Shown here: positions 31,243-47,470 of the stretch, in pieces
Numbering within the stretch: position 1 is the stretch's first letter
Layout of the letters: every line of letters starts with the position of its first letter
Source: the human T2T-CHM13v2.0 reference genome, Homo sapiens
Assembly (NCBI RefSeq): GCF_009914755.1
Contig: NC_060925.1
Reading direction: 5' to 3' (one strand)
Length of the DNA stretch: 64,000 bases
Notes under the pieces: generated by a model
Told to the model about the DNA's origin: nothing
Databases searched by the model: none
The model's input: the letters and a program-made list of their open reading frames with translations, nothing else
Program-made: the position numbers and the translations under genes

Positions 31243-31883
31243 TAGAATTGCCCAGTGGCTTCTCATCACACTTAAAATTCAATCTCCTTGCCCTGGTTCA
31301 AAAAACTGTGCCAATCCAGACCCTGGCTAAGCCTCTACTCTCATCACATCCCATTCCACCACCATGTCCTCCCCACCCTAGCCAATCTGGCTTCTTTCAA
31401 CTCCTCACCATGCCAAGTTCCTTCCTATTTTCTGGCCTTTGCACATTCTGTTCCTTCTGCCTAGCATGCTATTCCCTGCATCTTTGCTCTTATCATTCAG
31501 AGCTCAGTTTAAGTGTTTCCTCCTCAGAAACTTTCTTCTTGTCCACCCAACCTCCCAGTAACCATCACCACCTACCTATATTAATTCTCATTATTGCATG
31601 TATAACAGTCTGATAATTTTTGCTTCTCCAGTGTTTGTGATTTGTCTCCCACCATGACAATTAAACTCCACAACAGCAGAGACCTTATCATTCCCGTTCA
31701 ATGCTGCGCCTCCAGTGCTTAGCACGATGCCTGGCACATCGGTCATAGTCAATAACTATCTGTTGATTGCGTGAAGAAAAGTGTCCTGGACAGGCCTATT
31801 GCAATTTTTCAAAAGGGTTTTTAGAGTTGGCAAAGTCATAATTAGAACCATGTATTGGGCAGATTACAAAAGGAGAGCACTGG

Positions 31884-32202
31884 GGCTGGGTGCAGTGGCT
31901 CACGCCTGTAATCCCAGCACTTTGGGAGGCCGAGGCGGGTGGATCACTTGAGGCCAGGAGTTCAAGACCAGCCTGGCCAACATGGTGAAACCCTGTCTCT
32001 ACTAAAAATACAAAAATTAGCGAGGCATGGTGGTGGGTGCCTGTAGTCCCAGCTACTCAGGAGGCTGAGGCAGGAGAATAGCTTGAACCCAGGAGGTGGA
32101 GGCTGCAGTGAGCCAAGATGGCACCACTGCACTCTCCAGCCTGGGCAACAGAGCAAAACTCCGTCTAAAAACAAAAAACAAAAATCAAAGACAAAAACAA
32201 AA
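31884..32202 (+). mobile_element. Alu (AluS-like)
   Basis: Dimer plus A-rich tail. Confidence 0.93.
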
Positions 32203-32276
32203 GGAAAGAACTGGGCATAGAGGGACCTTTTAGGAGGCTGGGATGATATGTCAAGGGAGGTAAGAAGACATACTGC

Positions 32277-32955
<679 letters not shown>

Positions 32956-33979
32956 CAGGAACTGTTAATGATAATATAAACTGTATAAAGTTTTCAGAGG
33001 AAAATGTAGTAGTATTTATTTAAAATATTTAATGTTTATATTTTCTGACCCAGCATTTCCATTTCTGGGAGTTTATTCTACAGAAAAACTCCCACAAATG
33101 CAGAAAGGATATGTATACAGAAACACTGTTGCAGCATAGTTTATAATGGTGGAAACTTGGAAACAACCCAAATATCCACAAACATGGGGCTGGTTACATA
33201 AACCACCATATAGCCACACTATAGACTGCATATCACTATTTGAAAGAATGATGCGAGCCTCTATGTATTTTCATGAGAAGATGTCTAATATATTTTGATG
33301 GGGGGGGGAACACAAGGATGAACAGTATACACAGTTCTATTTTTGTTTTAAAACAGAGATAATATGTTAGAATATGTATAAAAGTTTCAGAAGAGAAGGC
33401 ACTAAATTGTTGATGATAGCTATTTCTGGGGGAGTCAGTATGGGGATGGCTCTGCTTTCTACATTTTGTATTTCTGCAATCTTTTGGGTTTGTGTATCTG
33501 TGCATTACTTCTGTGATCAGAAAACACAAAGAGCAAACAAGAGGTAATGAACCACGTGAGGCCAAACTAGGATGGTGGAGGGAAGGGGCAGATGCGAGAG
33601 TTATTGATGATGACACAGACAAAATGTATACCATGAAATTAATACACAAAATGTGTGTCATGAAATTTAGGCTGGGTGACTGGGAAGGTGATGGCCCTAT
33701 AACCAGCATGTTAGCACAGAATAGCCACTTTTCAGTTAAATGCCCAGATTATAATTTGGCATCTCTCACAAGTGACAGCCACCATTCTGGTTTTACCCTT
33801 TTCTGGCCACTCAGCCCAGTGTGACAAAAGCCCTTTCCTTCATTCCCCACAGGACAGCAGAGAATGGGCTGCCAATACCACCCTTAAACTTAAGCAAAAG
33901 GACCCTTCCCTGAACCCACACACATGCACACACACACACATACATACACACAAACATTGTTAATGAACGCAGGTGACTT

Positions 33980-34812
33980 GGAAATTCCACTCCTAGGTAT
34001 ATCCCCAGAAGAACTGAAAATATGGCCAGGCGCGGTGGCTCATGCCTGTAATCCCAGCACTTTGGGAGGCCGAGGCAGCCAGATCACTTGAGGTCAGAAG
34101 TTCAAGACCAGCCTGGCCAGCATGGTGAAACCCTGTCTCTAGTTAAACACAAAATTAAAAAACAAAAAATTAGCCAGGCATAGTTGTGCATGCCTATAAT
34201 CCCAGCTACTCAGGAGGCTGAGAGAGGAGAATCACTTGAATCCAGGTAGTGGAGGTTGCAGAGAGCCAAGATCACACCACTGCTCCCCAGCCTGGGCAGC
34301 ACAGTGAGACTCTGTCTCAAAAAAAAAAAAATTGAAAATTCATGCCCACACAAAAACGTGTACATGAATGTTCATGGCAGCATTATTCATAATAGCCAGA
34401 ACCCTAATGGCCATCAACTGATGAATGGATAAACAAAATGTGGTGTATCCATACACTGGAATCTCATTCAGCCATGAAGTACTGACATCTGCTACAATAT
34501 GGGGGAGCCTTGAAAATATTGTGCTAAGTGAAAGACATAAGTCACAAAGGACACATATTCTACAATTCCATTTATATTAAACATCCAGAATAGGCAAATC
34601 TATAGAGGCAGAATGTAGATTAGTGGCTGCCAGGGGGTTGGGGAGGGGAGAATGGGAAGTGACTGCTAATGAGTACGGGGTTTCTCTTGTACTGATGAAA
34701 ACATTCTGGAATTGGTGGTGATGGTTGCACAACTCCGAATTGTACTAGAAACCACTAAAGTATTCTCTTTAAATGGATGAATTTTATGGTATGTGAAAAT
34801 GTTACAATAAAT
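33980..34812 (+). mobile_element. L1MB-like 3' region interrupted by an Alu at 34024-34331
   Basis: aattccactcctaggtatat...aatgttcatggcagcattattcataatagcc...catcaactgatgaatggataaacaaaatgtgg; full Alu inside. Confidence 0.85.
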
Positions 34813-34823
34813 CAAACACACAT

Positions 34824-34997
34824 GGCTGGGAGCAGTGGCTCATGCCTGTAACCCCAGCACTTTAGGAGGTCAAGGTGAGAGGATCATTTGAGCTGGGGAG
34901 GTTGAGGCTGCAGAGAGCTGTGACCATGCCACTGCACTCCAGCCTCGGTGACAGAGTGAGTGAGACCTTGTCTCAAACACACACACACACACACACA
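34824..34997 (+). mobile_element. Alu monomer (left 5' end fused to right 3' end) with (CA)n tail
   Basis: ggctcatgcctgtaaccccagcacttt (left type) runs directly into gaggctgcagagagctgtgaccatgccactgcactccagcc (right type). Confidence 0.8.
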
Positions 34998-35436
34998 CGT
35001 GCAGGTACCTCATTCTCTCAGGAGCTGAACTCAGTGCTGGCACAGGGCACCACATAATCCTAACATCTTCTTTTGTGACTAACATTTCTGCACATCTCTC
35101 ACCTTATGTCTTCAAAACAAAGGCAACGAAATCCGAACGCTGTAAAGGTGTGTGGGTTGCCGCACAACCAATGTTGCTGATGAACTCTGCTTTAGAATAC
35201 AGGGAAGATTTCAGTGGAGAATTGTTTCAGTAAAAGAAAAGACAAATGAATTAATTTGTCAAACCCTTTTATATAAGCACAACATATCTTTCACCAGAAG
35301 GGCTGAATGTTCGTTTTCTTCCTTCCCTTCCTGTTTCAAACACGACTATGGAAGTATTCGTCGACTACCAGAGCATTCTTAACTGTTGTGCACAGTAGTT
35401 GAGGAATATTTTCAATATCGAATAATTTGTATTATG

Positions 35437-35575
35437 GAGCCAGGCATGCTGGCACATGCCTGTAATCCCACCTACTTGGGAGCTCAGGTGGGAGGATCAT
35501 TTGAGGCCAGAAATTTGAGACCAGCCTGGGCATAGTGATTAGTGAGACCCTCTATGAAATTTTAAAATAATAATA
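35437..35575 (+). mobile_element. FLAM_A-like Alu monomer
   Basis: Single arm with ctacttggg and gagaccagcctggg. Confidence 0.72.
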
Positions 35576-35884
35576 AAGAGTATGGTGCTTAGCAAAATAC
35601 CTAAAAATAAATAAATAATTCTTATTACTCTTAAATTAGTAAATATGTAGGCCTAGATGTAAATGCATAAAGCTCAATTATTACATTGGCTGTGAGGTAA
35701 ATACTAGATATTGAATACTAGAATTGGAAATAGTTTTATTTTTGTAAAAACGTGTAATAAAATTTAAATTTTTGTAAAATCAAATTTAGAATAATTGTCT
35801 TTATTCAAAAAATTTGCTTTCAATTTTTTATATTCATTTATTTAAACCAATATTTTGCCTTTTATTTTAATAGATAAGTTGATG

Positions 35885-36095
35885 CCTTTGGCTATTCAGA
35901 TTGTTATAACAAATTATCTTGGATTAGGTAATTTATAAACAACAGAAATTTCTTGCTCACAGCTCTGGAGGCTGAGAAGTCCAAGATTGAGACACCAGCA
36001 GATTCAGTGTCTGATGAGGGCCTATTCCTCATAGCTGGTGCCTTCTATGCATCCTCACGTGGCGGAAGAGGGGAACAAGCTCCCTCAGGTCTCTT
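35885..36095 (-). mobile_element. MLT1A/MST-type MaLR LTR fragment
   Basis: aatttataaacaacagaaattt...ctcacagctctggaggctgagaagtccaagat. Confidence 0.75.
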
Positions 36096-36114
36096 TTTTC
36101 CTCTCTCTTTTTAA

Positions 36115-36923
<809 letters not shown>

Positions 36924-37315
36924 TTAATTTCTTAGTGTTTTACATTTATTGCAATGTATATTTTAATGAAAAATATTCAGATTCTATACTTTTTAGAAAA
37001 AATGACTTTTATACTTTTATCTAGATCATTACTATCAACAGCACACAAATTAGGTGAAGATCTTCATCAAATTAATATAATTTGTGATTTTCTAAAATAA
37101 AGGCAAGAAAAATAAACGTTATGGAAAAATAGAATAATTTATAAGTGACATTTACCTTCATTACTTATGCAATCATCTCTGGCACATTAATAGAACATCT
37201 AGACATATACAACAATAATTAAATTCAATCAATTTTGATATGTTGGCAACTTTGAGTTACATATTTTTCAGCTTTGTCATTATAAAGGTATATTTGTCAA
37301 AGTAGGAGGTTAGAA

Positions 37316-37712
<397 letters not shown>

Positions 37713-37728
37713 TAGTTTTATTTATAAC

Positions 37729-37846
37729 TTTTTTTTTTTGAGACAGGGTCTCACTATGTTCTTCAGGCTGAACTCAAACACCTAGGCTCAAGCAACCCTC
37801 CCACCTCAGCCTTCCTAGTAGGTAAGAGTACAGGCGTGAGCCTGGC
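37729..37846 (-). mobile_element. FLAM-like Alu monomer
   Basis: polyT plus single reverse arm; tttataa(c/t)ttt flanks. Confidence 0.75.
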
Positions 37847-38563
37847 TTATTTATAATTTTTGAATGTTTAGACATCTAGTATGTAGGCCTCTTGTTCCAG
37901 CCCCACAAATGTGAGGGGCAGTTCCATAGGCCACACCTCAGACTCTTACTAAGGATCACGGAAGGAAAGCACAAGGCCGAGGAGAAACAGCTCCAGCTAC
38001 TAGAGATGGCGCTACTCTCAGGGCCCCAGGCCCACCACCACGATGAGCTCCCAGCCAGCCCACAGAGGAAATAAAGAGGTTCCCCAGTAGCCAGGGACAG
38101 CCCACCTTTCCCATTGAAGAGCATTCTTTTCCCAGGATTATGGATCCTTCCGGAGAAACCCCAGCCCTACCAAGAGAGGGTGCTCTTGCTCTATGGCCCC
38201 AAGTACAGCAGCCCACAATATTCATTCATCTTTCATTCAATCGGCAGGGATTGGCCAGGTGCTGTGTGAGCTAGACACTGGAGAAGCATGGTGCTTGCCC
38301 TCATGCTGCCTACAGTCCAGTGGGAGACAGACAACATGACCACAAACAGGCCACCTGCGGCCCATCCCATTCAGGCGCTACTGCACTGGGTCCAGACAGC
38401 TCTGGCTTTAGTCTGTCCTCCAAGACAAAGTATGAGCGCATCACATCCATGGGTCCTACCAGCAGTTCTTGTCACCTCAGCTCTGGACACCCCACAAACC
38501 ACTGGCCTACAAGAACACTCAATCCCACAAGACAAACAGCAGTCTGCAGCTCAGCGTCCTCTA

Positions 38564-38923
<360 letters not shown>

Positions 38924-39459
38924 TCAGAGGCAGAGCTCCGGCTCAGTTACGCACAAGAGATGATGTTGCCAAACAGAATGATGGATCAAAGCTAGTGCAC
39001 TCAGGTATCCTGGGACTGCATTCTGCCCAAGCACTGGGTAAGTGCTTACTTCATATGTGCGTAATGAAAGGGCTCCTTTGGGCAATTTTTCTGAAACGAA
39101 GAGACTCCCTGATCCTAAAGGGAATTGATCTCACCACCTCTAAATATAAAAATTCCTTGCAACTTTTCCATAGCAGTTTTTCCCTTTTCAGTTTACCAAG
39201 TCTTCAAAAATCTGAAGGTTGGGTCTCGGCCAGGTACCCTGTTCCAGTGTGAGTGATGGAAGGGAGCCCGTTACGGAAGAAGCACGCTTCAAGAGCCAAC
39301 ATGAAGCCACTCCGAATACAGCGCATAGGACGCCCATGTAAAGACAGGAAAACTCCAGAGTCATCCATATTAAGGTGATCTCACCAAGGAAGGAGGCAAA
39401 AGAGAGAACAGAAGGCAGGGCCTGAGGAACACCTGTATTTCTAGGACAAGAAGAGAGGA

Positions 39460-40038
39460 TGTTGGGAAAAGCTGAGTGTTAGGAGAAGCTGAGGCAGGGT
39501 TTGCATGTCTGACACAATGTAAAAGAGTCTTGGAACATGTCCGGGGTCCAGGGTCTAAAACCCCTTGTGGCCTTTGGAACACCAAGCTCTGTGCTAAAGG
39601 GTGGAAGGCTACCCTGACGCACCATAATCTAAGCCCAGGGCATAAAATCCCTCGTGACTTGGATAGAATCCAGGGCTCATGGCTCTGGAATGTGTCTAGA
39701 CTTGCTGGCTCCTTGCTCTCCCAGGATCAATTGTATCTTGAGTTAAAAGAACCTACTCTCACTATCTCAAGTAGCAGAAAATGTTCCTTATAAATGCTAA
39801 ACCATCACAGCTATAGATCATGTGCCTGCCCTTTTGACCTCCACATTCTCACCACCTGTTTCTTTGTTGGATTACTAATAAATACCACAGGGTCCCAGAG
39901 CTCAGGGCCTTTGCAGCCTCCACAATCGCGATGGCCCCCTGATCCCACCTTTCTCTCTCAAACTCTTTTTCTCAATCCTTTGAATTTGCCGGACTTTGTC
40001 ACCCCTACGACCTGGTGTTGGGTCTGATCACCCCAACA
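39460..40038 (+). mobile_element. ERVK-class solo LTR (LTR14/HERV-K14-like), 579 bp
   Basis: Termini TGTTGGG...CCCAACA (7-bp inverted repeat); perfect 6-bp TSD AGAGGA (39454-39459, 40039-40044); AATAAA at 39877-39882. Subfamily name by recall. Confidence 0.88.
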
Positions 40039-41033
40039 AGAGGAGGAGTCAGAAATAGAAAAGGCAGGAGCAGAAAGGCAGGAGAACCAAAAAAGTGAAT
40101 TCAAGAGAGAGGGAGTGGAGTGGGTGAGTTGGTCGGCTGATGCAGACTGGTCATGAGGGAGAACTAAAGACGCTGTCAGTGGTGGGTGACCTTCAAGAAG
40201 CAGTTTCAGTAGAGACAGGAGCAGAGGTCAAATTGCAAAGTGTTCAGGAGTAAAGGGGACAAAATAACTGAGATGATACTGGAGGGGTCAGCAGAAGGAA
40301 AGCTGTTTCAGGACAGGCGAGGATGGAGAAATTGGAAAACATGAGAGAGAGGGGCTAGTTAATGTGGCAGGGCCATAGATGGGGGTGGGCACTAGTGAGC
40401 AGCTAAGCACGGAAAGACTCACCACCGAGGCAGGAGGAAGGGATGGGAGGAGGAGAATGGGGTTGAGGAGATAAGGCGGGGACACAGGCTAGGGCTCAGC
40501 CGCTCTGGCTTTCATCACCTGCTCAGCTTCCTGATGCCTGGAAAAGAGACAACATCAATGTGGCCACACCACCACTGTGTGTCTGGGACCTGAGCTAATG
40601 GATCCATGTGCCCCAGAGCCCAGGCTCTTTCATGGTCCTAATTATGGCCTCCTGACCAGTGGTGGATTCACTCTCTTATTCACTTTTTCAACATTTACTG
40701 CCCACCGGCCACATGAGAAATGCTAGGAGTTGCATCAGTAAGAGGGACCAGAGAGCTCAGAGGGTTGCAGGGAGGACAGTTACATAGACTTTCCCAGGAG
40801 ATGGTGAGGCTAGACAGAGCATGCTGTAGAATTCCAGAGCAAGGACACCTCACCTTGGGGAAGGAGTAGCAAAGCCAGAGAATGAAGTGACACGGAACCA
40901 AAGCAAGAGGAAGAGTTGGCCAGGAGAGCAGAAGGGGCAAGAGCGTTCCAGGAGAGAAACAGTACACACAAAGGTAAGCAAAGGTGAGCAGGAGCCTGGC
41001 AAGCCCTAGGAACTGGGAGCAAAATGTTCAGAA

Positions 41034-41129
41034 TGCTACTCGGAGGCTGAGGTGGGAGGACTCCTGAGCCCAGGAGTTTGAGACCAGCCTGGGCAACATA
41101 GCAAGACCCAGACCCCCTCTCAAAAAAAA
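41034..41129 (+). mobile_element. 5'-truncated FLAM-like Alu monomer
   Basis: TSD gttcagaatg on both sides. Confidence 0.8.
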
Positions 41130-44100
41130 GTTCAGAATGGAGAGCACAGCACCAAAATGGTCATCCAAGGGGTGAGACCAAAGCCATAGTAAAAGGGCCT
41201 GCCCAGGCTATTCAGCAAAAAGTACCAAATAACATGAAATAAGGACCTAATTATGGGCAGACAGCCATAGGTCACTATATCCTAAGACCAAAACTGTGTA
41301 CATTGTGTACTGAATAAAATCCATAACCCTTGCCAGGAGTTGGGGCAGGGGTGACTGCAGTGGCTAAATCAGTGACCAGAAGAAACATGGACTCCTGGAA
41401 GCAAAGGCGGGTCCCAGGAAGTCACAGCGCCAAGATATGGAGCTGACCATCCATCCGGCCAGCACTAGGCAAGGTCAAACCCCTCCCTGAGATGTAAGTG
41501 GAGGAAACCCAGGCTCAGATGAGTCAAACTACCCCGAGAAAGAGGGTGGAAGAATGAGGGCATACATGAGGTGGCACTGCTGTGTGCCCCAAGCTCCTTC
41601 CATCTCCCATCACACCTGGGTAAGTCCCAATGGCAGCAACTACATAGGGAAGGGTCACGATGGCCTGCTTGGCTTGCAGGAGTCAGCTCATCTAATTCCA
41701 TAGACTCTGCAAGTCACTGTCACATCACTTCACCCTCCCTCCTCCTGAAAGTATTATCATCCCTGTTATCACACGGTTGTATTTTCTTGTCTGTTACCCC
41801 TACTGATCTGTGAGCTCCCCAAAGGCAAGGGCTGGGTTTTGTTCAACCTTATATGTCCTGATTCATGTATAATGGGTGATAGATACTCCTTGGTTAAATG
41901 AATGAATGAATGGGCTCCAAGCTCCATACTAGGTTTGGCTTAATGGAAGTTGACCATAATTGACAATACCAATTTTTGAGCTGGTCAAGTTCAATCCCAC
42001 CAGATGTCATGAAAATGGAGCCCATGAAGAATGATTGACAGAAGGAAACCAGGTATGACCAAGGCTTAAGTTGCACCTCACTCATGCTTACATGGCCTAT
42101 ACATCCTGAGTGTGGACCTTCCAGATTCACCTCTGTTGTCAAACAAAAAACTACCTGTGGCCATGGTGGGAAGGGGTTCGAGTCCTGAGGTGTGCTGAGG
42201 AGCCACTCACTCGGGGCCCCAGGGCCACCAAAGGACACACCGAGCCTGTGCAGGGCTGATTTTGGTTGGCCACACTCCCAGTTCAAGGTAGGCTCAGACC
42301 ATTCATTGTTGATCCCATTCATAGGGCCCACACCCAGAGCAGGTGGGGGAAGCTTCTGGGAGGGCCCCTGGAACCCTGGAGGACCAGCCTGTGGGCATAT
42401 TGCAAGTCTGGGCCAGCCAGACATGCTGAGAGGAGACAAAAGAGCAGGGGTGGAGGTGGGAGAGCCCCGGGCACGCCAGCCTGAGCTCCACATTACACAG
42501 ACATGGCGTCAGCATTTTGCCCTTCACACCTTCATGTCTATTTCCATGTTTCCCCTTTATTTCTTAATAAGAATTCCTTTTCCAAAACTGCCAGCTTTAT
42601 CTCACATATACCAAAGAGTAAGGGGGAGAAGACACTAAAAATGGAATAGAAGTTCAATCCCAGGCCCAACTCCACTGTCTTGGGCTGTGTGATTTGAGGT
42701 CAGGGGAAAAGGAAAAAGTCAGTCCCTGGCCTCTTGCTCCAGGCAAGTGCTGTGCTGCCTAAACAAACCTCCATGTGAGCAGCATTATCCCCTTTGTACA
42801 GGCAGGAATCAAGGCTCAGAAAGGTAACCTAACTTGCTCAAGATCCCACAGGTGGATAGTGACAGGTGGGATTCAAATCTGACTCCAAAGTGTGCTGGGC
42901 AAAGTCATTTCATCTTTCTGTGTCCCCATTTCTTCAGTTTTAAAATGGAAATGACAATAGGGCTATTGCAAGGATTAGATGAAATAATATATGGGAAAAC
43001 ACATGGTAAATCATGAAGCATGCCATCATGTTATCTTCCCTTGACCCACTGCTTCCCCACTGACCCTGCCCAGGCAAGGTTCTGAGCCCCTCTCTCTCTA
43101 GTGCTTTCTTCAAGAGGTGCTGAGAGTAACTTTGCCAAATGGATCCAAGTCCTTGGCCCCCTGCCCTTCCTGGCACACTCAGCCAATACTCAACAGAATT
43201 TATAGTGCGGTTCCTGGAACATCCCAGATCTGCTAGAACAATGCCCAATCCAATCCAGCTGTCCTGAGGACAGCCAGCCACTGCAGCAGAAGAGCTGAGG
43301 AGCCAAAGCTACCACTGGCTCAGTTCTAATATGCCTGGAAATTCACCAAAGGTGTCACGGCAGAAGGACATTGCTGGGCATGTCCCATTTAGCAGACACA
43401 GTCAATGCCCAGATGGAAAACAGCCACAGTGAAGGGCAGGGCCTCCCCCACCTCAGGAATCTCAGCCTCAGCACCCTAGGAACAGCAAGTCCAAGTCTGT
43501 TCCCATCTCTCCCACCCCATCATCCTCTAGCACACAGCATTATTCCCTTCTGGGAAGTGACTCTGTGGCTTCCTCATCCTGGTACAGCTTGATTCACCTA
43601 AGCAGGACATGCCAGGTGGAATAGGCAGGTGGCCTGGCCTCTTCAGAGTAGGCTGGACAAACCCAGGAAGCAGGGAACTGGGCTGAACTCCCATGGGCTC
43701 AGGCTGAGCCGTCTCTGCCCTCCTCCGATAAAGGGCACAGGTTCATGCTCTCTGAGACATTTAGGGTGAGGGAAGGGCACGGAGTGGGGAGTCAGAAGCC
43801 TTGGGGCCAACTTTTGGCATTGCCAGTCATTGCCGCTTGACCTTGAGCAAACCACTTCCCCTCTCTGAGCCTCAGTTTCCTCGTCTGTAAGCAAGAGGTT
43901 TCGAGCTAGATCACTGAGGTCCATTACAATACTCACTTTGTGTGACATCACATATCTAGGTGGTGATCTCTCAGAAAGTCTCACACAGTCCCTAACATAG
44001 GCCTTCAACAAGCCCAGAAACTGGCAAGTGTTAAAGACAAAATAACATAGCAGGAAGCAGGCATCAGTTTCACCTCTCGTCTCCTGGGGGAGCTGTCACT

Positions 44101-44722
44101 GCCATGAGCTTGGGCTCCCAAAGAACTTGCCTTTGGCTGGATGTTCCTGGGACTCACCTGGAAGAAAATAATTAAAATCCTAAACTGTAAAGGGGGACCC
44201 ATCACTTCACTTGGCTGTCAGACAACATGACACTGTCCAGATCCTGAATTAGGCCATGAGAGTGAGAGCTGATCCCCGTCTAATGAAAGTTGTTAAACTC
44301 CCTGTCACCTGTTTATCAGGTAGCAAGTGAACAAGACAAATGCCAGCATTCATCACAGCTCAGCTGCCAGCAGGAATGTCCTGGGCATGAGAGCTGGTGG
44401 CAAGCACAGGGTGCTTGGGTCCTTCCCTCAACATCAGAGAAAAGAAAACTGGGCAAAGAAGACATCTCTCTAGTCCCTTGCAGTGTCGGGCTCCAGGCAG
44501 GGAGCTACAGTGAGAAACTGAACCCAGGAATAGACAGGAAAGCTTTGCCACCTTGGACAAGTCCCTTTGTCTCTGGGCCTTATTTTACTACCTGTAAAAT
44601 GAAGATAAAAATAGTATCAGATTGATGCAAGGGATAAAATATAGTCATAGACATGTGCTGTACAAGGAGCACGCAAATGAACTGGGTGATGATGGAAAAA
44701 CAAAAGAGGTGTAGAATGTGTA

Positions 44723-44944
44723 CAATGGTGCATTGGAACCAGCTTCAGCCACCTTCTACTGGCTTGCAAGAGCCAACATTTTGCATGTTCAGGGATTTTG
44801 CTAGCCAGCTGACATCCCACTGGTAGATTGAAATCAGCCACAGTGGGAATATTTACACTACAGAAATGGTCAAACACTACAAATCAGGGCTGTTTTTCCC
44901 CTTCCAGGGAGCTGATTGTTAAACATTTGCCAGCATGTGACTGT
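44723..44944 (+). mobile_element. MER63A-like non-autonomous hAT element
   Basis: Degenerate TIRs caatggtgcattgg / ccagcatgtgactg; internal ttgaaatcagccacagtgggaatatttacactacagaaat. Confidence 0.65.
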
Positions 44945-45121
44945 CTATAATGAGTAAGAGTAATGCAACGGGAGGCAATTTGTTCTTGCTTCAAACACAT
45001 TCGCCATAACTTAATACATCCAAATGACTGCTAACTGCTTCATGACAATAAGCTTAGGAGGTCATATTGTTTTCTAACACATAAACTTTCTTCATTGTCA
45101 CAAACATGTATTGAGACCTAC

Positions 45122-45524
45122 TGATATGGTTTGGATGTTTATCCCCTCCAAATCTCATGTTGAAATGTGATCCCCAATGTTGGAGGTACAGCCTGATGGG
45201 AGGTGTTTGGGTCATGGGGCCAGAACCCTCATGAATGGCTTGGTGCCATCCCAGTGGTAATGAGTGAGTTCTCTCTCTGTTACTTCACAGGACAGCTGGT
45301 TGTTTCAAGGAGCCTGGCACCTCCTGCTGTCTCTCTTGTTCCCTCTCTCACCATGTGACACGCCTGCTCCCCCTTTGCCTTCAGCCATGAGCGGAGGCTT
45401 CCTGAGCCCTCACCAGAAGCAGAACAGATGCTGGTGCCATGCTTGTATAGCCTGTAGAACTCTTTACTTCATAAATTACTCAGTCTCAGGTACTCCTTTA
45501 TAGCAATGCAAAACCGACTAATAT
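45122..45524 (+). mobile_element. MST-type (MSTB-like) MaLR solo LTR
   Basis: tgatatggtttggatgtt...ccaaatctcatgttgaaatgtgatccccaatgttggagg...ataaattactcagtctcagg...gcaatgcaaaaccgactaatata. Confidence 0.88.
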
Positions 45525-46387
45525 ACCTCTACTATGTGCAATGTACCAAAGACTCGAAAGGAAAAAAACCTTTCCTTACTTGCTCACAGCATGGTGGAGG
45601 AGTGAGAAAGTGTACACTGTGGAGCATTCTGGAAATGGAAGTGGAGTGCCCCTTGCTCTGCTCAAGTTGTAGGGGTCCAAGCCCAAGCAACTAGGAAGGG
45701 TACTTTAGGCAGCATGAATGGCACATGCGAAGATACAGAGGCTTGATTACTAAGGCAACTTTTAAAAATTCCTCTCTGAGAATTAACTTTGGTAAGTTTT
45801 AGAATTATTACATTACAGGACTATTTTTCCTGGCCATAAGATGTCTCTTTCACCAGAGTTTAGTACCAAATTCCCTTTGGTCGTTTCCAAAACCCAAATG
45901 CACTTTTGGGGATGAGAATTTGGCAGAGTTGAGGGCAGGTCCTCAAAGCAAAGAGGAGCTCCCAAAGCCATTTGATAAAGGCAACAGCCCTGAAGTGTCT
46001 CAGCCCAAATGCCCAAGGTGACTACTTTAGGTTACAGCAGACAGTTGGATGCACAAGACCATTTCAGTTCCCATCTCATTATTCAATAATGCTTTACCAG
46101 GAACAATAAGATGCCAACTTTTTCCTGTTAAGACACGTCCATATCTCTGCCTTGGAGAATGCCAGGATTTGAATTTCGAAAATGAAGACAAAAAGAAGAA
46201 AGAAAATATCCAAAAGCATCCAGGCAAAAAAAGAAGGTTACCTTCAAAGGAACAAAAGTCAAGGTGACCTCATACTCTCCAGACAGTGGAACCAGGTCAT
46301 GAAACTTATGCCAACCAAGTCATTGTCCAAATATAGAGGCAAGAGAATGTCATTCTCTCATACATATAGGTTCAGAAAATAGATCAT

Positions 46388-46685
46388 GGCCGGGCGCAGT
46401 GGCTCATGCCTCTAATCCCAGCACTTTAGGAGGCCGAGGCAGGCTGATCACTTGAGGTCAGAAGTTCGAGACCAGCCTGGCCAACATGGTGAAACCACAT
46501 CTCTACTAAAATACAAAAATTAGCTGGGTGTGGTGGCACATGCCTGTAATCCCAGCTACTCAGGAGGCTGAGGCAGGAGAATCACTTTAACCCAGGAGGC
46601 AGAGGTTGCAGTGAGCCAAGATCATGCTGCTGCACTGCAGCCTGGGCGACAGAGCAAGACTCTGTCTCAAAAAAAAAAAAAAAAA
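46388..46685 (+). mobile_element. Alu (AluS-like)
   Basis: Dimer plus polyA. Confidence 0.93.
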
Positions 46686-47107
46686 TCATCTACATACCAT
46701 TTTCAAAAAATTTTTCAAGACACATTAACTATCTGGAGAGGAATCAAAATACAAAATTCAAAAATGGGGAAGTTGAGGTACTATAAAAGGATTGAAAATG
46801 AGCAATAAACCGGTGAAGTCTAAATTATAAATCATTGTTGTAAATTTGGTTTAAAGTTGGATGTTAGTCATTTGTGTGAAATTCTAGAACAGGCAAAACT
46901 AATCTATGGTGAAAGAATTCAAAACAATTGTTTCTGGGAAAGCAGGGATTGAGTAGGATGAGTTAAAAGGAAACCTTCTGAAATAATGAAAATGTGTTCT
47001 ATCATGATAAGGGTTTGTGTTATACAGGTGTGCACATTTGTCAAAACTCATTGTACTGTATTCTTAAGGTCAGTACATTTCACTGTGTGTGATTATACCT
47101 GAATTTA

Positions 47108-47470
<363 letters not shown>

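Noticed and set aside
41894-42638. 199-aa (-) and 148-aa (+) ORFs in apparently unique sequence
   Set aside because: No recognisable domain, overlapping ORFs on both strands, and no exon structure; consistent with chance in GC-rich DNA. PhyloCSF or Ribo-seq would be needed.
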